From assembly GCA_964016885.1 (NCBI GenBank), contig OZ024740.1, forward strand, positions 276,334,001-276,398,000: DNA of 64,000 nt, in the 5' to 3' direction. Positions 13,516-31,974 of the stretch are shown here, in pieces. The first letter of the stretch is position 1. Each line of letters opens with the position of its first letter. The DNA comes from Eledone cirrhosa (lineage: Eukaryota). Below the pieces are notes generated by a model, which saw only the letters and a program-made list of their open reading frames with translations, was not told the DNA's origin and searched no databases. The position numbers were made by a program, and so were the translations under genes.

Positions 13516-14904
13516 ATTTACATTTTGGAGTTCAAATATTGCCACATATTCTCAACCTGTACACAAGTTCCCAAATATTCAGGTAGTGAACAGTTGAATA
13601 AATTTTGAAGAAAGGTTATAATCATTTCCTCTATTTAGCTGGCACTTATTGTATCGACTCTATAACTATGAAAAGGCAAACCCTACTGAAGGCAAATTTT
13701 GACCTTCATCTCTTCAAGATTAAACTGGCTATACCCATCCTATTATATTGAATACATTTTGAGCAATAGTTGTAATCGTCCAGCTAGTATTTATTATATC
13801 AAATCTGTAACAATGATAGTCAAACTCTACTAGAGGCCAAATTTAACTTCCATGTCTCCAAGGTTTACAAAACAATCTTCAGTGATGTACGAGGGTTGAT
13901 TAAACTGACTCTACCACTCCTATTATATTCAAACTCATGTGCATATGTTAACAACCGTTCTTATTACTACACTGGTAGTCATCTATTTATGCTTTTGTAT
14001 AATAAAAAGAAGCAACTAAAAGACTAAAACATTACTATATACGGAGGTAAAAAGAAAAGAAAAGATGTAAAATTTAATATTTTAAATGAGACCCTACAAT
14101 CTAACATAACAATGCTCCGCTTTTTAACTGTTATGAATACAAATTTACCTCTTCATCCATAAGTTGTTGTGTGTGTGTGTGTGCACGTGTGTAGGTATAT
14201 GCATGTGTTATTTAGTATTCCAAGGTTGATGACACAACAGAATTAACTCTATGGAAATTATATTAAAAGATAAATGTAAAAAGTTAGATATTTTACAAAA
14301 TAGAATTTTTTGATTATTTTTCAAGATTATCAGAAACGCATAAGGAGAGTGCATTTCATTTGAAATATAGCCATGAAAATGTTAAAATAATATCTTATTC
14401 CATAACACATAAGTATTAAAATAATACCTTATTTCATAACTATTCTCAATCAAATGTTATGTTATGGTGATGACTTAAAACATCTTATGACTAAAACAGC
14501 TTTTAAATCTAAGAATTTTCTAGGTAAATATTTAGGACTGCTTCTCTATTATTTAGAAGAAATTCTATTTGATAACTGTCTTTCAAGGAAAATATCTTTC
14601 AAGAATCTTCCAAGTTAGGGTTAATAAATACTTGTGTGTAAATGTGTGTGTTTATTTGTGGTTGCAGATGTATAAATATCTGTTGATGTGTGTGTTGATT
14701 TTGTGGATATGTGTTTACTGGTCTGTGAATGTGCATCTGACTGTACACATGAGCATGTATTTCTTTGCATCTTTTGCTATCAGGGATAACGGACATTAAA
14801 TGATGATGATTATATAAATGTAGGTGTATGCGTACACTCATAAATGTTTAATGTATGCATTTGATTTGTGTGTATGCATACGGCAAGTATTGTACTGTAC
14901 AGCG

Positions 14905-17553
<2,649 letters not shown>

Positions 17554-18356
17554 AGTACATAAACAGTCATACACACATGTGTGCACGTTTATGTGCATCT
17601 GTGCAGTGACTTTTTTTATCTATTTATTTTTATTCCATTAAGATCAAATTCTTGGAAACCATTTCTGACATTAGTATGCTTGTTGTTGTTCTTCTTTCTT
17701 TTTTCAATTTTTTTTTCTCTCTCTCTATTGAGTTTTACTAATTTACCTGACATTTTCATTATTTCCCTATGGCCATGTTCTTCATCCTTTCCTCCTGCAA
17801 GTCTTTGAGTAGTTTCTGAAAGAAATGCAGTCTTGGTAGTAACGAGATTCTCCTAACAACTTGCTCACTGTATCATTAACTGCTTTCACGCATCAAGCGT
17901 TGATTTACTCCATTTTAAAATTACGCTCGTCCTGTTGGTGGGAGGGCTTGTTGCTTTAAAAATGCAAACAAGTTTCCTTATTGATTGTAAGAAAAACATA
18001 CATACATACATACATACATACATACATACATACATACATACATACATACATACATACATACATACATACAGATAACATTTGCTGTTGGTCTTCTATAATG
18101 GCTATTGACTGGTTATGTGAGTGTATAACAGAACATATATTGTAATTAGTAATGTTTAGGAGGAAACACACCAGAAATAAACCAAACAAGAATCAGATTT
18201 ACACTTCAGACCAGACCAGAGCAGAGCAGACCAAACTAATCCAGATCTAACCAGACAAGATGTAACTAGACCAGACCAGGTTACTGCACTGGACTGGTTT
18301 AACATCAGACAGCAGACACTAGTACAAAAAAACACACTTGGAGTTGGAGACCTGGG

Positions 18357-18481
18357 TTCTTCTTCTTCTTCTTCTTCTTCTTCTTCTTCTTCTTCTTCTT
18401 CTTCTTCTTCTTCTTCTTCTTCTTCTTCTTCTTCTTCTTCTTCTTCTTCTTCTTCTTCTTCTTCTTCTTCTTCTTCTTCTT
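18357..18481. repeat. (TTC)n trinucleotide repeat
   Basis: Pure TTC run of ~125 bp. Confidence 0.97.
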
Positions 18482-18717
18482 TATCCTCCACCACCACCAC
18501 CACCTCCTCCTTCTCCTTCTCCTCATTGTGTCATTAGAATATTGGAGAACATGCATATAGATATTTGTTTCTGGCCAAGGACAGCTCTGTCTTTTATTCC
18601 GACTAGGGTCAATAAACTAAAGCATCAGTCAAGTGCTAGGATCATTTCAAACTATTAACCCATTGCCTCATTATTTTTCCCCATGTGTCTATGTGCAAAG
18701 CTATTATTATTATTATT

Positions 18718-19140
18718 AGGGTGGTGGATTGGCAATATCAGTAGAGCATTGGACAAAATGTTTTGCAGCATATAATTATGTCCTTTTACATTCTGAGTTC
18801 AAATCCTGCTGAGGTTAACTTTAACATTCATCCTTACAGGATTGATAAAATAAACTACCTGTAATACATTGGGATTCATTTAATCAAGTTTTCTCATAAA
18901 AAAAATAAAAATCATTGGCCTTGTGGCCAACAAATCAAACAATTATTATTGTTGGTAGATTGGCAGAATCGGTAGTGTCGGACACCATGCTTTGCAGCAT
19001 AGAGTTACGACCCTTTACGGTTTGAATTCAAATCCTGCAACGGTTAACTTTGCCTTTTATCCTTACGGGGTCGATAAAATAAAGTACTAATAATGTACTG
19101 GGATAATTGCTGGCCTTGAGCCAAAGGTAGAAACAATTAT
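18718..19140 (+). mobile_element. Two tandem family-A SINEs
   Basis: Family consensus motifs with (ATT)n spacers. Confidence 0.8.
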
Positions 19141-21858
19141 TGGTAGTAGTTGTAATAGTAGTTAGAGTCTTGGGATTTATTCCTGGCCCCTCCATTCTGA
19201 ATCCAGAATTGCTGGGGTCAACTTTGTCTTTAATTCTTCCAGGATCAGTAAAATAAAGTAAATGTCAAGTAATAGGGGTTAGTATAATATTATTATTGTT
19301 GTTGGTGTTGATGTACAAATGTATAGAGTTCACTGGAGATCAAGCTAAAACCAAGAAGTGACTCTGTTATTTAAAGCTCAAGCCAGTAGCATAGAACTGA
19401 ATGTGTATATTTGATCTGTTCATGGCTAAACCTGTGACTGATTATATGGTTTAAGAAAAGAGGTTAACTCGCCCTTTGTTGATAATTACCTGCGTATGTG
19501 TGTGTTTGTAATAACATTGTGTATTTGTGAGAGTGTGTGTGTGTTGAAGGTGAGTGCTGGGTGTCCTGGCAAAAATGGCTTGAGAGAGAAAGAGAGGTCC
19601 AAACGAAAGAGTGAATGAGTAAAGGGGGGATGGGCAGATAAAGGTTTTGTCATAAGCAAGTGAGCTGGGGCAGAGGTGAGTTTTTTTTTTTTTTTTCTGG
19701 GATGAGTGATGGAGGGTGGGTGGGGCTGCAGAAAGTGATTATCTTGTGTATAAAATTCCTGAGTTAATAACTCAAACAGGGAACTACTACTTTCTGTCTA
19801 CTACTACTACTACTGGCACCACTACCACCAACAACAACAGCAACAACATGACTATTAGTAGTAGTAGTAGAGCTGCAATACTAGTAGTTTCAGTAGTTGC
19901 AACTGTGAGTCAAGTGCTCAACAATTTGGACAATGATAAGGTGGGGAAGGAGGTTTATGTTGTTTTATTTTTTTTTTACTATCCTTTGTAATTAATATTT
20001 TTGTCTTGTTTTTTTTTTTTCCTCTATGTCAGCTAAATAAATACCACACAAAAGAATAACATCAAAATAGGAAAACACCAATGGACACATTTTTTTTTCC
20101 TTTTTGACCTTTGATTTTGTACTTTTCTTTTGAGTAATTAATCAACCTGGGTTCCAGCATTAACTTGCTCACAAACACTATATAACAAGCAGAAACACAC
20201 TTACATACATATACACTCTCATAGATGCACATTCATTACATCACACAGACACACTTACATCTATATACACTCTCATAGATGCATACGCATTACATCACAC
20301 AGACACACTTACATATATATATATATATATATACACTCTCATAGATGCATACTAATTACATCACACAGACACACACACATACATTCATAGATGTATATAT
20401 TCACAGAGCAGTTGTGACCTGACCCAAAGCTGATCATACTGACCCAAAGCTGACCAATCTTCTTGGCCTTTAAGCTATCATATACTCATACCCCTTACAC
20501 TTGCCCAGTTGGCTAGCTGGCATGGCTTCTACCTTGCGTTGCAGTCATTTTTATTACAAGGTTAAAATTTAGATTTAGATGAAAAAAGTCAACATTTCCT
20601 TTCATCCTTCTGAGAGATTCATCATCATCATCATCATCATCATCATTGTTTAATGTCCATTTTCCACGCTAGCAAGAGTAGGATGGGTTGTCCCTTTGGG
20701 AGAGATCAGGTCAGAGGACTGTGTTTCGCTCAATCAGGGCTGATTTTGGCTTGGTTTCAACAACTGGATGCCCTTCCTAATGCCAACCACATTTAATAAT
20801 AAAGTTCCGATCCAGGCTGGTATACTGGTGGCATTATCAGATTGATGCACAAGATACCTTGCAGTATTTGGTCGGGTTCTTTGCACTCTAAGTTCAAATT
20901 CTGCTGTGACATGCTTGGATGGTGGAAAACTTAATTTGTCACCTGCTTTAAATTCACTACCTGGCCCTCGCGTGCATTTAGCAGAGTCCTCTCTATTGTA
21001 AGCATTTTGATAAAGTTTGAGGATATCTTCGATTCTCCCTCTCTACCATCAGTCTTGGAGACCCTGAAAATAGTCAGGGGCATTGCCATTCCCTCCTTGA
21101 CTAAGCAATATATATTATATATTATATAAGTGAATGTATATATGTGTGAGTGTCCCAAATCATTGGTTAACTGAAATTTTACTTTCTTCCTTATTCATTT
21201 CCTCTCACCAAGTCCTATCTTCCCTGCATGTCATATAGGAGGTGACTAAAAGAGTTAGTGCCAAGAAGGACATCTGGCCATGAAACAATGCTTCAAAACA
21301 GACCTCATGGTGAGATAAGCACTGGTTTCCAAATATATTTTATCATGGAATTTTTATATAAAGTTCCAAAAATCACAGAGCCTGTAACTATATTCTATGG
21401 ACAATCCTCACCAGTTTAATTTTGATAATACATAAAATGAAACTAAAATTATTTTCCTATAATAACATAATTATTTTTCTAGTTAAATTTTATTAATAGA
21501 TTAAACAACACCTTATCTTGTATAACCTTTGACATTATTATTATTTTTTCCTTTTTTGTGGAACCCACCTTGGAAAATATTGCTGTAGACCAATCCAATA
21601 AAAATATTTCAAAAAATTATCTCTCATAATTATCTGTTCACCTGCTCAAATCTCTCTCTCTCTCTCTCTTTGACTTTCTCCTTTCTTCTCTCTCACCCTA
21701 TTCCTATTATATTTGTTTTCTTTATTCATTTTGCTCCCTTTTTTCTTTCATAATATTTTCCCCTCATCCCCAGGTTTTTCAGTTTCTTCCCTCCTTTTAC
21801 TTTACTTCCATTTGGTTTTATATATTTATAAACTCCTGTCCAGTCTTGGCCTTCAGGG

Positions 21859-21913
<55 letters not shown>

Positions 21914-22297
21914 CAGGAGGAGCAAGGGAACCTGTTCGAAATGAACCTCTGTGACATGCAACTTTTGCCATTTTGACCTTTGCCCTGCCATTACTCACAG
22001 CATACCTTCCACAAAGGGGTGGTGGGTGAGGAAGGAGTTACATGTATGTATATGGGAGTGCTTGTGAGTGTGTGTGTGTATGTGCATTTGTGTGTCTGTG
22101 TCTGTGTGTGTGTGTGTGAAGGGGGATGGGTATGCAAAACAAAAGAAATAAAAAGAAAACAAATGAAAATGTCCATTAAAAAAAAGGTACACTAAAAGCA
22201 AACATAACATACAGTAACTATTGCTCTTACAACAAACATGCACTATAATTACAGGGCTATTATAACCCTCTACTTCTCTCCCTCTCACCCTAGACCA

Positions 22298-22670
22298 TCA
22301 TCACCATTACTACTACCACCACCACCACCACCACCACCACCACCATCATCACCACTACTACTACCACCACCACTACTATTACTACCACCACCACTATCAT
22401 CACCACTACTACTACCTCCACCACTACTATTACTACTATCACAACCACCATCACCACCACCACTATCATCACCATTACTACTACTACCACTACTATTACT
22501 ACCACCAGCACCACAATCCCACCACCACTATCATCACCATTACTACTACTACCACTACCACTACTATTACTACCACTACCACAACCCCACCACCACTATC
22601 ATCACCATTACTACTACTACCATCACTACAATGACTACTACCACCACCACCACCACCACCACCATCACTG
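22298..22670. repeat. Compound (ACC/ACT/ATC)n trinucleotide tract
   Basis: Direct reading of the sequence. Confidence 0.9.
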
Positions 22671-24409
22671 CCATTGCCAAGTCACTGCAAAGGTTTCCTC
22701 ACAAAGCAATCACTTTACCTGAATTTTTGAACTTCCTGTGTACATACATCCCCTACACATATATACATATACAGTAAAGCATGCTCACACACATATACAT
22801 ATACACATGCTTATACATTCCTATAGACACACACTTTGCATTTCTTTTTTATTTTCTCTTTCTCTGTTTAACATTTTTGTTGAATTTCTTATGTGTTCCT
22901 GAGTATGTGTGTTTGCCTATGTTTGTGTATGAATACAGAACCTTTTTTTTAAATAGACACATTCATGTGTTACATACACATACACATTTACATATACATG
23001 AAGATAAATTATCATCAATTTTACATTCGTTTTTTTTTTTCATGATTACTTGTTGATAGCAATAAATATAATTTCCATCTCTGCCTTCAACAGAAAATGT
23101 TGTACCTTCACTCATCATAATCACCATTTTTCAACACTTGCATGGGTTGGATGGGTTCTTCTCAGGACAGCTTCTCTCCACCTGCCACATTCCTTCATCG
23201 TCTTCACTGAGAGTCTCAACAGTTTGAGATCACTTCTCACCACGTCTGCTGCATTCTTTCTTGGTTTAACTCTATTGCAGCTTCCTTCAGTTTGGATTTC
23301 CTAGAATTTCTTCACATAGCAATCATTATCCATGCACATCGCATGTCCCTACCAATTGTAAGCGCATTTAAGGAATGATAGATCACCCATCTGTCCCAAA
23401 CAACATTTCTAGCTATTTGAACTGAGACTCAAAAATTGTCTTCACCAAGATCACAATACAACAGATAAAGACTGACATTGGTTATAATCCAGGTTCATGA
23501 TATGAAAGAGGCTAAACAATACCTAATTTTTCTTGCTTAGTTTCTATTTTATATCAGTATCTGAAACAAAGTATAGTGTACCTTTACAGAAAGTAAGAAC
23601 CATTTTACCTGTTTGTATTACAAACATTACAAGAAGAATCATAATTACTTAACATTTCTTGTATATGTTTGACATGCAGTTAGCTTTAAAAAGAATTTTC
23701 TATTGTTTTGAGTGGTTGATAAATAGCATTAATTAGTAACATTTACATCAATTCCTTTTTCCCTCAACCCCACAAAAAACAAAATGTATGTGCACATTTA
23801 GTTAATTATTTGCATTCTGTAGAATTTATGTATATAATATTCTGCAAGTACATTATATAACAATGAAAAGTTAAAAAAGAAAAGGATGAGCTGAGTATCA
23901 AATAGACTTGATATAAGAGGAAGAACATTGAATGGTATATGTTGTGTAGGTAAAGTGTCACCATTAAATTGTGAAAATATTTCACAGAAGAGTTGATATA
24001 TAGCAGTCAGGTGAAACTAAGTGATCCTTACGATAGGTACACTTAACATGCAATAAACAAACATACCTTCAGGATTTTGACACAAAGAATGATGCTGCTT
24101 TACAAATAGACTTCTTCCAATTACACATGCATGAATGATTTTCACAATGGTGATGATGAGGATGATTATGTGTCAGTATGCAAGTCATGCAAAGCTATTA
24201 CCTTCATATAAATTTCTTTGCCACCTACCATCTCTATGAATGTTTTGAAAAAGATAAATATGCTGAAAATATTTTTACCTCAATCGTGTATTGTCATTTG
24301 CTCACATACAATAGTAACAATCTGAAGTCCGTGACATGGTCATAATCTTCCAAATCACTTAACTTAGCATATTTTCTAAACTCATTTTGGAATACAGAAA
24401 AAAGTAATA

Positions 24410-24800
24410 ATTATTTCTAACATTGGCACAAGGCCAGCAATTATGAAGTAAAGTAAAGTTGATTATATCAATCCTAATACTTCACTGGTACTTTATTTTA
24501 ACGACCTTTGAAGAATTATAGGCAAAATTAACCTCGGTGAGATTTGAAATCACAACATAGAGAGCCATAACAAAATGCTGCAATGTATTTCATCTGGTGG
24601 ACTAACAATTTTGGAAACCCACTACTCTAACGGAGTAATGTAATAATTGTTTCTACTTTTGGCACAAGGCCAGCAATTACTGGTACTTTATTTTATCGAC
24701 CCCATAAGGATGAAAGGCAAAGTTAACCTTAGAGGGATTTGAACGCAGATCACAAAGGGACGTAACTATGCTGGAAAGCATGTCCGACCCTCTACCAATA
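24410..24800 (-). mobile_element. Two antisense family-A SINEs
   Basis: TTTCTA..GGCACAAGGCCAGCAATT..CTGGTACTTTATTT..GATTTGAA motifs. Confidence 0.75.
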
Positions 24801-24821
24801 ATGATTTCTGATTTCATGCCA

Positions 24822-25042
24822 CTAACCCTTTAGCATTTAAACCGACCATATCCGGCCAGAATTCTCTTGCCTCTCTCTGTTCAAACCGGCTGTAACTGGC
24901 CACTCATACTGATGGTATTGTTCTCAAAATAAATAATATCAAAATCTCATAGATTCGATATTATGTGAGATAATTATGTGAAGTAAAGCCTTTTGTGAAA
25001 ATATATTAGTAAATATAGAGTAAATATATACTAAAGGGTTAA
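24822..25042 (+). mobile_element. piggyBac-like MITE, copy 1
   Basis: (C)TAA|CCCTTTAG ... CTAAAGGG|TTAA termini, ~215 bp, with internal sequence shared by three other copies. Confidence 0.8.
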
Positions 25043-25494
25043 GTATGATAGGTACTTATATTTCTCTGATGATTGACCATCAGTAGAGCCTGCATAAAGA
25101 CAAAACTTATAAGTAATTGTCATACCTAATGATTCAAAACCAACTCCCACACACACATATAGAGCAGCAAATTGGTAGAGTTGTTAGAACGTCAGGTGGA
25201 ATATTTTTTCAGTATTTGTTCTGGCTCTTTGCTCTCTGTGTTCAGACCCAGAGAAGGTTGGGCTCCACCAAGCTTAAAATGCCCTAGAAATGTTGTATAC
25301 CACTACAAGGCCCGCACAACTTCATTAAGAGATACAGGACCATATATATATATATATATATATATCAGGATTGAACAAGTATTAAACTAGTTAGACCATT
25401 ATTCAACTGTGTACTTCATATTTGGGATAGTAGAGGGTGACTATATAAGAAAGAGTCTATATATACATAGAAAAGCAGATATAAAAAGGATGAT

Positions 25495-25550
<56 letters not shown>

Positions 25551-26173
25551 ACACACATACACATACACACACACATACACACACACACACAGAGAAAGAG
25601 AGAGAGTTGCAGTGATGTATCTATACAATCTCTATATGAATATTTGTGGTAATTATATTTATCCATTTGAGTGTGTATGTATGTCTCTCTCTCTGTAGTA
25701 GATCAGCCCAAACTTACCCTAAGCTAAATATCTACATCTATAACAGGAGCTGTAACTGTTCACCAGTCCTGTTCTACTCGTCTGTCCCCTATTCTTCACA
25801 TCATTTCTCTCAATCAATCATATTTTTGTTAGTTTCTTCTTTTTTTTTTCCAGTAATTTTTTATTTCATCCTGTGGTTACTGCTCTCGTCATGATGAAAC
25901 ATTGAGTAATTACCGGCTAACGTCCCTTTCTCTCCTCTCTTCCCATATCATATTCTCTCTTTCTTTCTCTCCTCTCTTTCTCTCTCTTCTTCCTCCTCCT
26001 TTCCTCACTGTTTCTGTATCCGTCTTACATTTACTCTCTCCCTTTCTATCTCTATATCTATCTATCAACCAATCTCAATAGTTTTGGTCACTCTTTCTAT
26101 CTCACTCTCTCTCTCTCTCTCCCATCTCCCCCCCCCCCCCTCTCTCTCTCTCTCTCCCATCTCTCTCTCCCCC

Positions 26174-26205
<32 letters not shown>

Positions 26206-26809
26206 CCTCTTTCTCTCTCTCTGTATATATATATATATATATATATATACTCTCTCTTCCCTCTCTCTCACCTCTCTCTCACCCCCTCTCTCCCTCTCAA
26301 AGAAGATCTTGTAAAAGCTTTTGTTTTTATTTCATAGTGAAAGAAGGAACAACCACAACAACCACAACAAGATAGCAAAATTATTACATAGCTCTTATTA
26401 TTACTGTTTCTTCTATTGCTCATCTTATTGTTGCTGTTGTTGTTGTTGGTCTTGTTTATTGTTAGCTCCTAGTTGCAATGTTCCCTGTAGGCTAAATGAA
26501 ACAGACAATCACAGCCAGACTTCGTTTTTTATCCATCAATTCACATCTGTCTGTTGCTCTCTTCATGTCTCTCCTTTCTTCCTTTCCTTCTTTCTTTCTT
26601 CCTTTCCTTCTTTCTTTCTTTCTTTCTTTCTATCTTTCTTTCTTTCTATCTATCTTTCTTTATTTCTTTCTCTTCTTTCTTCCTTTTTCTTTCTATCTAT
26701 CTCTTGTCTCTTCCTATCCATCTCTCCTTTCTTCCTATCAATTATTTACCCTTCTTTAACTCTCACTCTCACTCTCTCTCTCCTATCAATCTCTGTTTTT
26801 CCTTTGTAG

Positions 26810-27425
26810 CACTCTCTCTTTCTCTAACTACAACTCTCTCCTTCCTACTCCCGCAACCTTCATCTTTCTATTTGTATCACTCTCTACCTATAACTCTCTC
26901 CTTCTTACTCACCACCACCACCTCCTTCTTTCTATTTGTATCACTCTCTAACTACAACTCTCTCCTTCTTACTCACCACCACAACCTCCTTCTTTCTATT
27001 TGTATCACTCTCTACCTATAACTCTCTCCTTCTTACTCACCACCACCACCTCCTTCTTTCTATTTGTATCACTCTCTACCTATAACTCTCTCCTTCTTAC
27101 TCACCACCACCTCCTTCTTTCTATTTGTATCACTCTCTAACTACAACTCTCTCCTTCTTACTCACCACCACCACCTCCTTCTTTCTATTTGTATCACTCT
27201 CTAACTACAACTCTCTTCATCTTACTCACCACCACCACCACCACCTCCTTCTTTCTATTTGTATCACTCTCTAACTACAACTCTCTCCTTCGTACTCACC
27301 ACCATCACCTCCTTCTTTCTATTTGTATCACTCTCTAACTACAACTCTCTTCATCTTATTCACCACCACCACCTCCGCCTTTCTATTTGTATCACTCTCT
27401 AACTACAACTCTCTTCATCTTATTA
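26810..27425. repeat. Pyrimidine-rich minisatellite, ~60-bp unit
   Basis: Unit TCTATTTGTATCACTCTCTAACTACAACTCTCTCCTTCTTACTCACCACCACCACCTCCTTCTT, about 10 copies with variable ACC number. Confidence 0.9.
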
Positions 27426-29602
27426 CACTCTCTCTTGCTTTATATATATAATTTTCTCTCTTCCCTTTCTATCTTTCCCTCCTGCTCTCTCTACCTATAA
27501 CATTCTCTTTCTTTAGTTACCCCCTTTACATTATAAGCTAATACCACATATCATTTCTTTCTTTCCGTCATTGGGGATCTTCATAAAATAAGAACCAGTT
27601 ATATACTGAGGTGATTCATTTCATTGTCCTCCCTTCCCCCTAAAAATGCAATGTGCTGCATTATGTCAATATTAGCAAATCAATGTTTAATATAAAACAT
27701 CAGCTCTCTGAATGGGTTGTTATTTTACCCTTGGTGGGCCCTGAACCCTGATCCAGCAAAAGTAGGCTCAAAGGCATTCCAGCCATGACCATACTGTCAG
27801 GAACCAATTCATATGTTGCTTCTTCTTTTGCTTTACAGTTGATTTGAGAAGATGTTTCTAGCAAGACAAGTGACTATATAACATAGATGCACCCTCATTA
27901 GCTCAAAATATCTTGTAATGTTGGCTATCATCAACAACAGCTGAGCTAATTTGTCTGTTTAAGAAGCTGCAATGAGGTGGTAGCTAAGCTGTTTTTTCAA
28001 TTTGAACCATGCTTTACTATTTCACTGAGCTTAAACTAGGTTTCAACATCAAATGTTTTAAGGTCATTTCCTCTGTTAAAGCAGGGATAAGGCATATGGG
28101 CCCCATACTCACCATGGTGTTCTTTTTGAGACAATGTTATATAACCAGATCTCCTTCTTGGCACCAATCCTTATAAAGTACAGTGATACAATGAACCTAA
28201 TCTGAACTGGATACATAACAAGAAACTTGGTCTCAGACACAAAGATTAATTAGAATTCCAACTTGCATATAGTTTGTTTAGCTCCAGGTGAGTTCTGCTC
28301 AAGCAGACATATAATCAAAAATCATTCTAGCCATCACTATGTCAAAATGTATGTGGAATTACATTATCCAATATGTCCTTGTTTCAGACAGCAGGTAGAA
28401 GTGTGAGTGTATTGAGCAAAATGCCTTGCAGTGTTTATTGGAGCTACTTGCTTTCTAAGTTCAAATCCTATCTAGGTCAACTCTGCCTTTCATCCTATTG
28501 GGGTCGATAAAAAAAGTACCAGCTTAGGGCAGTGAACTGATGGAATTGTTAGCAATAGACTGGATGCTTCATTGTATTTCTGCTTGGTTTTTATGCTCTG
28601 TGCTATAATCTCACTGAACTCTACATGGGTGGTAAACTTAATCCATCACCTGGTTAACACCACCACCTTGGCCTTGGGTGTCTTTAGCAGAATTCATTCT
28701 GTTGTAAGCATTTGGGCCAGATGTCTGGTTTGAGTATATCACCCTTCCTCTTTCCCTAGTGTCTCAGAAGCCCTGAAAAAGTTCTTGGATACTTTCCTTT
28801 CTCTTGGGAAAGTGATAAACAAATCAGTGATTTGATAGAGATTTTGGAGCTATTTCTAGCTAGTTAAATGACTTCATAGATGCTCCACATTGGACCACAT
28901 CTAGTACTTGCTGTACATTTTAAACAAGGCGCATTATGTCTGTCTTTAATTTCATCTATCATCTATTTATTCCTGCATTTTGAGCTAAATTTGTATTTAT
29001 TTGTCAGTCTCTCTCAGTTTGTCAGTTGCTGTTTGTCTATGACACTCATTCATCTGTCAGTCTGTTGGTCTTTATCCCCCCCCCCTCTCTTTCTCTCTCT
29101 CTAACTAGTCAATGGTGTCTAGCTTTCTACCTTTGTCTTTATTTCAAGTACTTGTCAGTTTACTTGTTTATTTCTCTGACCTATATGCCAAACTCTATAT
29201 ACTGCTCTTCCTATTTGGGTATCTATTTCTTTGTCTACCTACTTATATGTGTAAATGAAAATATATGTATATATATACATAGATGCACACATACAAACAT
29301 ATTCATATATATCATAATATTTATTTATGTTCATATATGGAAGAAAAACGCTACCTAAGGTTTCAAGGCCCAATATTGACCATATCTCCAAATATATGAG
29401 GGATCAAAATTATGACCTATCTTCAGGTGCTTATGATCATCACCATCATCAACTTTTGATTCTATTCTTCCATGCTAGCATAGGTTATGGGTATAAACTC
29501 ATATAAGTGCTTCTGTTCCATGTATGAACATACATAAATAGTATAATATATCAGCTCTCTTCCCGATTGAGCAATGTTTTCTTTTTTCCTTTTTCACACC
29601 TG

Positions 29603-29676
<74 letters not shown>

Positions 29677-30323
29677 CCAATTGACCCAGGGCATATTTTT
29701 AAGTCTAGTACCTTTTTATCGACCTTTATTTGTTGAACTGCAAAGAGACATATAATAGAGTAGTAGATTTTAAGCAGTTTCAGTTTTAAAAAAATCAGCC
29801 AGACATTTATGCATGCACACACATACACATATATATATAGGCAGGTGTGTTAAGGCACATTGGTTTTAACTCTTTGCATTCTAAGATCAAATTCTCTCTT
29901 GAGCCTACTTGGGTGTTAGGCTAAACCAGTCACCTGATGTAACACTGAGTTTGAGGATACCTTCCACCTAACCTCCTACTAATCTTGGCAGCCTGGGAGG
30001 GGGCCATTGGCACTGTACATTTTCATGACTATATATATATATATATATATATACATGCGATATTTATATATACATATATATATATGATAACTATCTATCA
30101 ATCTGTGTGTATGTGTGTTGTGTCTGCCATTCTTTGTGTTTTTATAGTTCCTCCTTCATGTTCTTTCTCTTCTTCCTTCACATTCTTTAACTTTCTTTAC
30201 ATTCTTTTTCTATCTGTACATACCTCTTCAGCTTTGCATTCTCCCCCCCCCCCCCTCTTCCTCCTCTTCTCTCCTCTCCATCTCCTCCTTCTCATTCTCT
30301 TTCTTCTTCTTCTTCTTCTTCTT

Positions 30324-30356
<33 letters not shown>

Positions 30357-30523
30357 CCCCCCTTCCTCTTCTCACTGCTATGCAGATTTATCACCTCTTT
30401 TTTCAGCCTGGTTTGACAAATCTTACCTGTTCACGTCACTCTTCCACCCCCGACTTACAGAAAGCAAGACCCCTATCCTCACACACACACACAAACTTGC
30501 ATACATTTCTGAAGACAAAATTG

Positions 30524-30561
<38 letters not shown>

Positions 30562-31974
30562 AAAACATAGAGAGAAATTGATAGCCTTACAAGGAAAGAG
30601 AGGAAGACAAAGGGGAGATAATGTGTGTCCAAAGTGAAAGCATGCATATGTGTAGAGAAGTGCTTTTTGGATAGAGAGAAAGAAGGAGAGGGAAGTTGGA
30701 AACAAAAAAGAAAACGTAGGAATATTATTGGTTTGGGTTAGGAATAGATTACCCTTGTTAATATTATCTTTTGAGCAGTGTGTAAGAGAAAGCAGGGTAC
30801 CGCCAGATACTATTGGATGTAGTCTAACATGATGTGACTGTTATATCAAGCATGCGGCGCCATGGACTGTGAAAGAACAGCATGCCTTTTGTCCATCTCT
30901 GCAGATAAGACTCAAAGTGATGAATTCTTAAATTATTTTCTTCCCTACCCTCTCTTCTACTCTCTATCTGTCTTTCTATCTTTCTCTATCATGCTCTCTC
31001 TATTGGTCATTGTTTAGCCTGCTTCCTCCTTACTCACATACACATACATACACATACATACACACACATACAAACACTGACAACTACTTACATACAACCA
31101 CAAACATACATACACACATACATGCACAGTCACACACACACACATACGAACACTCACAAATACTTACAATCACATACATACACATCACTAACACTTATAC
31201 ATACACAAACACACACATACATACAGTCGCACACAAAAAGACACATATACACATACATACACAGAAGCACATGCTCATACATACACATGCTGCTTCACTG
31301 TGTTTTAAAAATATCATCATATACAAAATCTGAAAACTGAACCAAACACTTGTATTTCCTTTTAAGGGACAAGAAAAGATTAAGAAATAGAAAAAAAAAA
31401 TCCATCCTCTCCACTCCCAACACCATCACTATCGCTGCATTACCAAAATTATCTTTCTTTGACTCATGAGCTGTTTAGGGGAGATAATGAGGTGAAAAGT
31501 TACTTCTATAGTAGTGGGTGTTAGACTTTTTTGAAAACTGAAGTTTAGAAATGAGATGAATATTTTTTCTCTTGAATAGAACAGATATTGGATTAAAAGA
31601 AAAAAAAAAAAAAAAGATAATGGAATAAATTATTATTATTATTATTATTATTATTGGAACAGTGGATTCACAGAATTGTTAGAGTTTTACACAAAATGTC
31701 TTGTAATTTGATCTACTTCTTTATGTTTTGAGTTCAAATCATGATGAGGTTAACTTTGTTTTTCACTCTTCTGGGGTCGATATACTAAAATATCAGTTAA
31801 ATACTGGGGTTGATATAATCAACTTCCCCCATCTCCAAATGTTGGTCTTGTGCCAAAGTTAGAAAGCTTTACATTCTGAGTTCAAATCACAGGGGAGTCA
31901 ATTTTGCATTTTATCCCTCTATGCTAGATTTAAAAAAAAACAACTAGTCTCATCCCTTTATTAGGAACCTAGAG

